Both the position numbers and the translations under genes were made by a program. The notes below the pieces were generated by a model. It searched no databases and was not told the DNA's origin. It saw only the letters and a program-made list of their open reading frames with translations. Of a DNA stretch of 64,000 bases, positions 41,191-52,217 are shown piece after piece. The DNA lies in the NCBI GenBank assembly GCA_964035545.1, contig OZ037765.1, forward strand, positions 26,907,504-26,971,503, written 5' to 3'. The DNA is from Bugula neritina (Eukaryota; Animalia; Bryozoa). Each line of letters opens with the position of its first letter. Position 1 is the first letter of the stretch.

Positions 41191-41592
41191 GTGAGACAAT
41201 AAGTTGTAATTATAACATTGGTTAAAAATAGGTATTTTATTTTAGAATAATTAATATAATTTTATTGCCTGCAATTCCAAGCAAAGATACTATTTGGGCA
41301 AGATTTTTTATACATACTTGTGTGTTAGAGTGTAGCTGTAATTTGAGGGTGATTTTAATAAATTACTTCAGGCTGTAAACAAAGCTATGATTTGTTCTTC
41401 AGAGTTATCTCCTCAGCTTGTGTACACTATTGCTAGTTTAAAGCTAAACACATAAAGCACGAATTTAACCCAACAGTAAACCTTGGCCTAACTGCATTTA
41501 TTTCTCCCTGTAAAATGCACCAATGCGGGTCCAGTACTGTCCAAACTAGTGGGTTTCAGTCAGGTGATCACCGAATTATTTATTGGTCAGAT

Positions 41593-44500
41593 TTGAAGAT
41601 GACTTAATGTCCCTGATACTATCACAAGGCATGACTGTGCTACAAAGTGCCATCAGCTGCCTCGGTGCTGTGGTTAATAAAGTCACCAAAAATTTTGATC
41701 TTGTCAAAGACTGCTTCAAGAAATTACAGAGTAAGTACCAGTCACTTCATAGTTTTACTAACAGAAAATGTTGAAATGTCATTTTTTTTCTGATCCTGAA
41801 AGTCCAGATAATTTACTTTGCTTGCGTAGTTTAAAAATTTTGTCCTTCCGTGTTTTAGAGACTAAATTCTATTACATATAGAGTTATGTGCCCTTGTATT
41901 ATAATAACTGCTGTGTTGCAGATATACTGTTCAATTGTCACAAGCAGCACAAAGTTAACCCCACAAATCCGGCATTGGTGAGCCGTAAAGGTGCCCTTCG
42001 CAGATCTCTCTTTACTGTTGGTGTGCTCTGCCGACACTTTGACTTTGATAGCCCTGAAATGAACATGAATATACAGAACGCAAGCTCCGTTGAGGACTTT
42101 GTGTTTGAGCAGCTCATGTATTTCCTGTGGCATGAAGATGAGACTATCAGACAGCAAGCGTTTACTGCCATTGGTAAGATTTCTCGGTATTCAGTTCAGA
42201 TTGCAACTATTCCTGCCTTAAATAACTCAACTAACCTATGCGGGTTTCTGGCACCAAACTTGCTGCCCTAAAGCAACTGATGTGTAGATTTTTTAATAGA
42301 ACTTTTGTTGAAAAAACTCACCCAGTTTTATAGCGTGTAGTCTAAATGCTGGCAATGTAAGGTCCCATCGTATCGTTTAGATAAATTTAATATGCCTTGA
42401 ATATATTATATGGGCAGATAATACTGACTGTAGTATTGAGTAGTTGTGTTCTCTCTTCAAAAGAGAAATCAATTCATACAAGTTGCCTTTTCATATGCAT
42501 AAATATGCATGCGTTTTTGTTCTGCTTATTTCTTTTTAATGTTTCAAGATTCTGTTTTTCAATCTTCACTATCACTTCTATTTATTGCTGCTTTTATGTC
42601 TACTTCCAAATTAAATTGTTACTGGCACTCTAATTTTAGTGAGACTTTTGGTCTGGTCTCCTCTCTGATTAATACACATCTTACACTAACTGCATCTTTT
42701 AGTTGAATTAAGTCATCACTGTCTCTATTAAAATAACTAGTGAACTGCAGTTTAGTTTTGTATATTACTTTTTCAATCAAAGAGATTATCACTTTTAACT
42801 GAGAATCTGGCAAGATTTGATATCATGTCTGTCAGTTTTTTTAAAAATATTTTATAATTTTTTAATTTGTTGTAGCATGTCATCTGAGCAATTTATATGA
42901 ATAACTTGTAACTTTTTATAATTTGACATTGTGTGTATCAGAATAAGTTTACTGTTGGCTTTGTTAACTGACCAGTAAGCACCATGCCATTTCTGTTTGC
43001 CAGGATTCTTCTGTATCCGTTACTATGAGAAGATGATGAGCAACAGGGTGAAGGACTTGTATCACCGTCTGCTTATTGGTAAAGATGTGGCGGCAGAGAT
43101 GAGGGTGCAAGTCCTGAATAATCTGGGGAAATACCTCCAGGAAGAGGAAGAAACTTGTGTCAAAGCTGAAGAGGAGTGGAAAAAGCAAGCTGAGGGGGAA
43201 GACTTGAAGGAGATGGGAGATGTACAATCTGGGTGTGTATCAATGCTTCGCTTGTGACGAGTTTGCAATCTCAGAAGTTGTAGTTATTTTAATAGACAGT
43301 TTTGTGATATGTGATAAGGCAAGTTGGATGTGCAAAGCTTGTTAACTGAGTTGGGGAGACAAAAAGTAAGTTTGTTTTTTTTATAACTGAAACTGAAATT
43401 TTAAGTTTATTATTATATTTGAGATCTAGTTAACTGTAAAATTTATTTCAATGCATCTGTTACCTCTAGAATGGCCAGTACAATAGTTCAAGTATTCCTA
43501 AAGCAAGTGCTAGAGTCGTACTTCAACAGTCAGACTCCTGTTAGAGTGGCAGCAGTAAGCGTGTTGCATCTCATTCTGAAGCAGGGACTTGTTCACCCAG
43601 TACAGGTAGGCACTCTCTTTAGCACGTATTACTTTCTATAGTTTGGGGCAGATGAATTTGCTATTCCTGTACGAAAGTAAGAATATTCACAGAAAATAGT
43701 GTTTATGTTGAATTTTAATGAACGATAAAATGTTGTGTACATAATCTCACTGCTAACATTTTTATGATTACTAATTTCAGTGCGTGCCGTACCTGATAGC
43801 CATGAGCACGGATTGTGAGAGTCAGATAACAATAAAAGCCGACCAACATTTGGTAGAAATTGACAAAAAATATGCCGGCTTTATTCACGTGAGTTTCCTT
43901 AGTAAACTATTTCTGAGTTGACGTGAAAGCACCACACTGCATTGTATAACGTAATCTTCATATCACATGGTTTATACTCCATAGCAGTAGAGTTTCTTCG
44001 CTCTTTCCTATTAGATATCATCAGCTAAAACTATGTACACACTTTAGCTTAAGTATTGTCTGTGTGTTAATTAGATGAAAGCGATGGCTGGTATGAAGAT
44101 GTCCTACAGATTACACAGGCTAATACAGCAGGACATGTATCAGCCACTCAGAGGTATTCGTAATGATGACAACCCTCAGGCCCTGAACCATCACCTCTAT
44201 TCCATCATCAGAACTCACCGGCCCCACAGACGCGCTCTAATCACCAACCTACTCAACTTGTTTGACGACACTGCAGTAAGTGTGTCTCGAACTGCAATTC
44301 TATATTATGGTTACTAAATATTCATGTTTTTTTGTAAAGCGTTGACCATTACATAAAGTTTCGTGTTTAATATTAATATTTAAATATGAGCCTCAGCTGT
44401 GGACTTGATGTCGGTTTGATGGAACTGAATTTTACTTCCTGTTGTTATGCCAACTATTCAACTTACCTGTCCATTGTTGTAGAAGACCCTGCTAGGAGAA

Positions 44501-45496
44501 CTTGTGTATATGGCTGACAACATAGCCTTCTTCCCTTACTCTACAGCTGATGAGTCCCTGTATATCGTACATAATATTGATATAATTGTATCTGTTGCTG
44601 GTTCCAACATACTCCAGTCATTCAGAGAGGCGAGGCATCTAACTATTTAACGTATTCATTTCATAAACAGACCAGTAAGCTCTCGGAAAAAACACCACAA
44701 TCGTATTGCTGACTTATAAATTTGAAATTGTAACAAAGTTTTTGGTCAATTAGTAAAGTAATTTTTTTGCAACATCGCCTGTTTTTTGCCAACAATTTAT
44801 CTTAGAAAAATACCTTACTTAATGTTGAGGCAGTTGTAGCTTCTGGAAATTTTTGAAAATCTGCGGGACTTTTAACATTATAAACTAGTTTCTATTGCAA
44901 GATGCCTGAATTAAAATTTAGTTGAAAATTTGAAGTTTATCTGGTTTTTTAAGTTACTCTTCCCAATTAAAAAGTCCAACATCTTAATTTGTTGTTGTAA
45001 CTCACCCTTCTCAGTGCCCTTGATTTTGTGGAAGTGCATGTTGGTGGATTCTCTGTTTTAAGGGTATTCTAACCAAAGATGGTGTGCCGTTTGAACCACC
45101 ACAAGAAGTAGAGACCACGTATACAGACCCAGAAACTGGAGAGGTTAAAGTCACCAAGACAATGACTGGCGGTACAGCGTAAGTTATAATCATAGCTGTT
45201 TGGATCTTTAGATATTTAAATTTAGCAGGACTAATTCACAGATATTTTCACCTTATACAATAATAAGAGCAAATCATTTTTTCTGATAGTTACTCTAGTG
45301 GTGTTATGTGTGAAGGAAAAGTTTCGTGTTTATACTACAGGCTGGATGAAGATGACGACGATGATATTGAATCACTAATTGCCAGATTACCTGATGATTG
45401 TTCTCATCTCCAGGACCTCATTGTCACTTCACAGGGTTGCACTCTCCTACTCCAAGTAAAGCAGCATCTCAAGGAGATGTATAATATTAATGACAG
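41593..45496 (+). pseudogene. NIPBL: Duplicated NIPBL C-terminal fragment (9 exons, first one 5'-clipped)
   Basis: Exons match 17553-21678 with open frames. One donor is GT>GC (44630). There are no 5' exons and no final exons. Confidence 0.85.
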
Positions 45497-45922
45497 GTAA
45501 ACAAAAATAACTCCAGGCTGTTTATTTAGGTAGAGAAAGGTCTTGTGCAGGGTTATACAGTACGTAAATAAGACCTATTCTGGGTACTGTGGAATACATT
45601 TTTAAGGTATACAAAACTGATTAGAATCATATGATTTTCTAATGATACAAAAAAGGTCTGAAGGCAAAAAACCTTCAAAATGACATAAATACTTATACTT
45701 GATAAAATTAAGGCTGAATCAAAAATTGAGCATCTCAAAAGAAACATTTTCTTAAGAACTAACTGTGTGTCTGGTGTTACAAAATTATTGCCAACACAAG
45801 TTATATAAATAGAATAAGTCAACATATTAAAGCTCGGACCTTTCATAAAACACGAGTAGTTAGCCATGTGGGGATAATTCCAACAGTTTAATCAAAACTT
45901 CTAGTTTCATCTGAGCAAATAC

Positions 45923-48900
45923 CTGAAGGTTGACAGCTTTGATAAAGGTCTTGTCTTCATTAGAAAACTCCACACCAACAACTTGGTCTATTATCACTTC
46001 ACATCCTTTTTTCTGCGCTGCTTCAATAAAGCATTTAGATAACTTTTTCGGGTGAACCTAGAAAACGCATTTCACAAAGATGTGCATGCCATGTAGAGAT
46101 GGAAACACTCTTATTGGCTACAAGCAGCAGACAGAAAGTGATGTACCTGAGCAGTGTTTGTCAAGTCACCAAGAACATCCGTGTGACCAATAGCTGACCC
46201 ATCCACCCAATCAGGAACACTTGGTGAGCTCTCTGTTTTTTTGCTGTCTTCCTTTACCATTACCTGCAAAATTTCCAAATTATCATCTAGCTTGTGGCAT
46301 TACTAATTTTTATTGCACTCAACTGCATTTATTCCTTCTAAAAACTATTTGATATAATTATTTGACAAAAATAATGCCAAACAATAAATTGTTACAACTT
46401 TCCAATTTTTCTCTGGAAAAGCAATACCTCAAGTGTATCAACTGCTCTATAATCGCTGTCAAACATGGCTCCATATTTTTTATGCAGATCAAAACTCTCT
46501 CTACTAAGAGGTCCAGTGGGGCTATGATCAGACCAGTTTCTGAAAATTATGTCACCGTACGTTAGCTATGAGCCCTAATTGAATCAATTAGATTCAAAAT
46601 GATGGTACATTTTATTATTATGTGCTACCTGCGAAATTTTCATATAATAATACATCTTATAATACTTATGTGAATATGGCTAAGCAATTGAACAGATTTT
46701 TCATATTTTTAAAACATAATGGTAAAAAATTTTGTTAGAAACTTCTCTAATTTTATACAATAGACCCTTTTCAAATGTCCCTCTAGGGGCTTTTATAATT
46801 TGAAGTTGTCTCCTCCCACCCGGTATATGGGGGAGTCTATATGATATATAGAAAGTCATAAAATCAGGAGAAATTTAAGGTTTGTGTGAGGACTATTGCT
46901 AGCATGAGTTTTTTTTTTCTGAGATAAATATTTTGGCCTAAGCATACATAATAGCAGTTCCAGAAAATTTTTAAAAATTTTCTTTCTTGACAAATCTTGA
47001 GAAAAATAAACTTCAAAGCATGTTTGTGGTTTTGGTTACTGAGCTAGTTAAAATGGTAACTATGATACAAGTCTCATTAATTATTTGTTATACTGGCTGT
47101 CATGTTCAATTCATAGCTGTTGACCTTTCAACTTTTTGGTCAGAATCTGCTGTTAGCACAGTCTTAGAGCTCTGCTAGTGAATGAGACAGCAGATTAGCT
47201 GTTAGCATTTTCAATTAATTATATACTTATGCACTTATGTTATAAAAATAGCTAAACTACCTACCTCAATACCCATCATTTTCAAGAAGCATTCTCACAA
47301 AACTATAGATAAACGATATATTATTAAATAGACTGGTTAAATTTGTATCATCAAACGAATATGAAATGTGGATTAATACATGTCGTTTAATTTTCTAGCA
47401 GGTTAAATGCATCTATTGCACTTGCAACAATTGTGCTCAAATAAATATATCTAGATAAACCCCCGATAGCCTTTTAGCTGTTGGCATTCAGGTTTTTGTG
47501 TTACAGTTTTGTTATTTCTTAATATTATGCCTGTGGCTTGTAGTATAGGAACAGTAGTGAAGAAATTGAGATAGCCTAAGTTTTTTGAATTTCTTTATAA
47601 ATTTTGGTGTTGCACATAACATAACTTCTTTTGCTACATTTCTAATCTAGAACAAAGGCTTTTCTCAATTTCTCCATTACTGCACCTACCCGTGTGTAGT
47701 AGTCATCTCTGTCAGCTGCAGTAGACTCAAGGTCCTAGTTAATGTAGGTGGTAGGTTAAAACATAGTTATATAATGAAATAGGTAAAAGGCCAACCTAAG
47801 CCAGCCATTACTGAAAACCCAAGTTTCTCAACTCATCAAATTGCAACATAGGTAAACTGAATTATCTGAAAACCGCTTCTGAAAGAATTTCTGGTTGAAA
47901 AGTATGAAGCAAATTCTGATAAAGGAAGCAGTGAAAGTATGTTGAAAATATTGAGTTATTAACTTTTTGCTTGGGTTTTCAGTGAAACCATTTAATGTTA
48001 TAGCTTCTCAACTTCTCATGCTCTAAATATCTACATCAGCTAGTCTTATTGAAACTTAGCTGTAGTTTTACAGCTGGCTTGGCTGATTCTGGGTCACAAA
48101 ATGTTATGCATAATCGAGGATAAGTTCACCCCAAGTATAACATATCGATCAATTAGAACTTTCAAATAAAACTATTAGACCTGTAAAACATGCAATAAAG
48201 ATATAGGGCAGACAAAATATTTCAAGATGATATTGAATTAAAAGATGTCTGCCTCTTGTAAATACTTTAAATGAGCTTCTATTTTAAATATTCCTACAGA
48301 GTTTTGACTTTTTTTTCATTCATTTTTGTTCATGCCTACTTATATTATAGCCAGTATTTACACTGAATTTCGCAACATGTTGTCATGTCTGTGATATGCA
48401 ATAAATCAATCAACTATATAAAATATGTTAAATAAATTTTTGCCTAAACTGAGCTTTGCTTTTCTTAGTAATATTTTTCTTTTAAAAAAGTTTTGGCTAT
48501 AACATGAAACTATGTAAAGCATTGACGGTCCTTTGAACATAATGTAGTACAAACTCTTCAAAGTATAATTATGTGTACATGCTATAACATAGCTAAGCAG
48601 GCATGTGAGTAATTATATGTAACTAGCAGTGAAACTGGACCACTGCAGAGTTGAAAGGTCAATTCAGCTATAAATTGCATGGCCATAACAGACAGGACAA
48701 CAAATGATAATTGAGACTTAATTATAGTTGCTATTTCTGCATTGCCCAGCAACGGAAACCACAAAAATGCGGTTCAAGCATATTTTAGGCAACATTTTTG
48801 CATGTTGGGAGGACACAACTCTTAATTTTAGCGGGACATTGGAGACCACTGAAAAGGGTCTTTTGAAACTTTTGAAAGAAAATTTTCAATTAGTTAGCAG

Positions 48901-49183
48901 AACACAACATATGCAGACAACCTTATTTATATGATCAATGTAGTTGGAGTTCATTGATAATAACTTTGCATATCACTGTAAAAAAGCACTTGTTTTTCTT
49001 AGTCAACAATAACAGCAAGCAATACCTGGCAAGGAAACCACCAGCATGTCCTGATGCTGCACACGCAATAGAAACACGCTCAACCAACGTACATGAAATG
49101 CCCATTTCTGTGAGATGATAAGCTATAGAACAGCCAATAATACCACCTCCAACAATAACACCTTTCTCTATTTCATTTGCCAT
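45923..49183 (-). pseudogene. TDA3-like oxidoreductase copy B, exons 1-4 only
   Basis: Exons 5-7 were removed by the deletion at 45531. V>G substitution in the first Rossmann strand (EKGVIVGGG). Confidence 0.85.
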
Positions 49184-49654
49184 GACTGGTAAATAACAGT
49201 TGAATCTAAAATTAAATTTGTTTCTTTTTTAAAATAGTATAAGGTGACAAAAATAAACCTGTAACAGAGAAGAATAAACAAAGCATTTCCTCAACTCTTT
49301 AAAGTAGCAAGTTTCAAATTGTAGTCAGTCTGTTAGAAAAAATATGGAAAATCTGGTTAATGTCAAAGAACTAAATGTGCCCTAGCAGTGCTACCTGCCT
49401 GTCATGGTTGAAAGATTGCAAATTTATATGAATGTGCAAAGGAATGTAGTAAGTAAGCAAATCTTACCAACATATTATATACAATAAAATAAATGTACTT
49501 TTATACAACTTTAAAGCCGACTGGAAATATAACATTACATAATTTCAGAAATAAGATCGCTTGTTGAGATACCTTTTTAGTTTATTAGAATGAGAAAATG
49601 GAATAAATTAAAACAAATGAGTTTGCATAACACATTGGATAGAATGCTTTTGGC

Positions 49655-50386
49655 TTATAACACTAAACAATCAAACAATTCTATTGTTTGTGTAACTTTA
49701 CAGTTTAATGATGACTCAAAAGAAAAAATCCATTTCTTTAAAGCGTGATGAAGTTCTGTAGAAAGTAAACATTGAGGTACACTAAAGGAACATGCACAAA
49801 ATTTATTACCACAAAACATAGTTTCACATCTAGTGATTAATAACGGAGTATGGCTTAAACAATTTGTTTCTGTTGTTACAAAATAGACTATAGGAAATCC
49901 TAACAACAGCCCAATGACAGTAGGACCAGAAATAAAGACAGCACTGTGAAGCTCATACACATCATTTAGCATATCTGAGTGACGGTTTTGCCAAGATTGC
50001 AATAGACCAACAAGTTCATCAACATAACTTGAACAATCTATAAACTGTGGGCTACTTAGTCCCACATCAATAAACCTAACCCTTGAGTGTTGCAGATGTG
50101 TTAAAAGTGTTGACATTTTTGCAAATATGATGTCCTGCGAGTATTCAATAATAAAAATATCTTTTAAAGCAGCCACACTTTTTGATAAATTTTGTCCTAT
50201 TTTCAATGACAATGATGGTGAAATGCAGCTATGGTCATAGAGGAAAGCTGGACGAGCTTTAGTTACAAGGCACATGAAGTTTGAAGTAAGATTTAGTAAA
50301 ATTCTAGTTCTCCCACCCATCCCAGTTTTTAAGTGGCAAGATAACACTTCATAAATACATCTTTCTGTGGTAGACATGTAATCCAT
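49655..50386 (-). CDS. C1orf74: UPF0739 protein C1orf74 homologue (DUF4504), intact copy, single coding exon
   Basis: 243-aa ORF with RPAFLYD, FIDV, TVIGLLLGFPIVY, NCLSHTPL and SFSVP motifs recognisable from human C1orf74. Acceptor TTTTAG lies 3 nt before the ATG. Confidence 0.85.
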   Translation of the reverse strand: MDYMSTTERCIYEVLSCHLKTGMGGRTRILLNLTSNFMCLVTKARPAFLYDHSCISPSLSLKIGQNLSKSVAALKDIFIIEYSQDIIFAKMSTLLTHLQHSRVRFIDVGLSSPQFIDCSSYVDELVGLLQSWQNRHSDMLNDVYELHSAVFISGPTVIGLLLGFPIVYFVTTETNCLSHTPLLITRCETMFCGNKFCACSFSVPQCLLSTELHHALKKWIFSFESSLNCKVTQTIELFDCLVL

Positions 50387-50894
50387 GATCTAAAATAGGC
50401 AGATGGGTGTTAATAAGATATTCATATTGCCTCACTATTTCATTATAATTATTATCAAAACTTCACTAAACTTGCTTCAAGTGTCAGTAGTCGTAGAAAA
50501 AGTGCATCCCTGGCCCTTCCACTCACTCTTAGGTAAATATTATTTGCAGAAGTAGTATAACTATAAGACAATAATTTAAATTTTCATTATGTTTCTGATT
50601 GTTTTTGGAATTACTAATGTCAATGACTGATGTAAAACTAAATGAGTAATTAAATAATTAACATTTGTTCTATTCCTCATTCAGTCATTACTTATACTAT
50701 AAGTTATAGTTTAAGTTATTACTATTAGTATTAGTATTAGTATTACCATAATGATGACAATTATGATTATCAATATTGATATATCATTATGAGTAATCAT
50801 TATCATCATGATATTCAATTTCATATTGATATTGCTAGTTAGGATGCCTAAATTGCAGTGGTTAAAAATGTAATACTAACTACCAACTAGTAGC

Positions 50895-51229
50895 TTTGGC
50901 GTGCTTTTGCGGATAGACGAACGATGCAAACTTGAGCAGTTAGAACAGTGCACTTTATTAATATTATTATAGTTGATGTTATTATCAGTTTTACATATAA
51001 TTATGACGAATCGAGCGCGGCAAAGGCCACGTGCTTCATCAACATAAACTCACCTTGCGCCTCGCGAGTCGCCAACACTATCACTACGAGTATCAGACAT
51101 TACCTCTTGGACGGTTTTTTAATTGTGGATTCTGTTCAATCGCTGAGTCATCAACTCATTGTGCTGTAAAAGCATTGGGCTTTTTGTTGTTTTGCTTCAA
51201 ATTATAAACTCTGAGTTGTTAATTTAATG
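50895..51229. promoter_or_regulatory. Bidirectional promoter, copy B
   Basis: Duplicate of 38380-38713. The minus-strand donor here is GTGAGT. Confidence 0.68.
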
Positions 51230-51907
51230 GTGAGTCACATTCAAATTGAAATGTTATTGTTTATACATTTAGATTTACAATCACTGAATCAGTATCACTA
51301 TGACTATGAGTATCACTATCAGTATGACTGTCAGTATCACTATGAGTATGACTATCACTATCAATATGAGTATGAGACTGACTGTACCACTATTAGTGTA
51401 TGAGTAACTTAGTATGGGTATCACAATCTGAATGAACATCAATATGTTGGCACAATGTATATTAAAATAAAAATTGATATTTTATTTAAACTTCTACTGG
51501 CAACTTTTTCTGTTATATACTTAAATAATACAGTTTAACTGCAAGTTTTGTTTTATAAAAAGGAATGCTTATGCTCGTGCTGGTATCATCTTTTGAAAAT
51601 TGCATGTTGGTATTGGTAGTGGTAGGTCAATTGCCTTGTGTTCCATTTAGTTTTGCATAAGTCTAAAGCAATAACCAGATTAGTCACTAATTAATTAATT
51701 GAAGAGTTAGTAGCATGCAAAAGGCAGTTAAATGTTCTCAGTGTTTGTGAAATTTCCTAATCATCTAATGGCAATGTCTTGTAAATATACAAACACACAT
51801 GGAGTGATAATTAATCACAACCAAAAGGCATGTGAAACTGAAAGTGCAATTGATAACAATATAGTATTTTAATATTTACTACTTTATTGGCTACTGTAAA
51901 ATTATTT

Positions 51908-51979
51908 TGCCCCACTGGGAAACGAACCCGAGACCTCCGGCTTGCAAGCAAGTATGCTAACCATTACACCACGGGGACC
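51908..51979 (-). mobile_element. tRNA-derived SINE head, copy B
   Basis: Duplicate of 39393-39463 with B box GGTTCGTTTCC. Confidence 0.7.
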
Positions 51980-52217
51980 ACTGGGTAAACTCAACACTAC
52001 AGCTACAACTTCTAGATTATTTGAAGAATAACTTCTAAAAATAGCTTTTTATCCAGGCAACATTTTCTGATTCTCTTATGTAATTACAAAATGTATAAAA
52101 GTTTTAACTTGTTACATATTTCACAATATATAACAAAACAATAAAAATTACAATATTGTGCAATGATATTAGGCATTTCCAAAGCTCTGTAAGTGAATAA
52201 CTTTGATTTGTAGGATT

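Larger units (their letters stand above)
17553..41592 (+). repeat. Tandem segmental duplication, copy A (about 24.0 kb)
   Basis: Collinear, highly similar sequence recurs at 41593-54077. TTGAA is present at 17553, 41593 and 54078. Confidence 0.93.
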
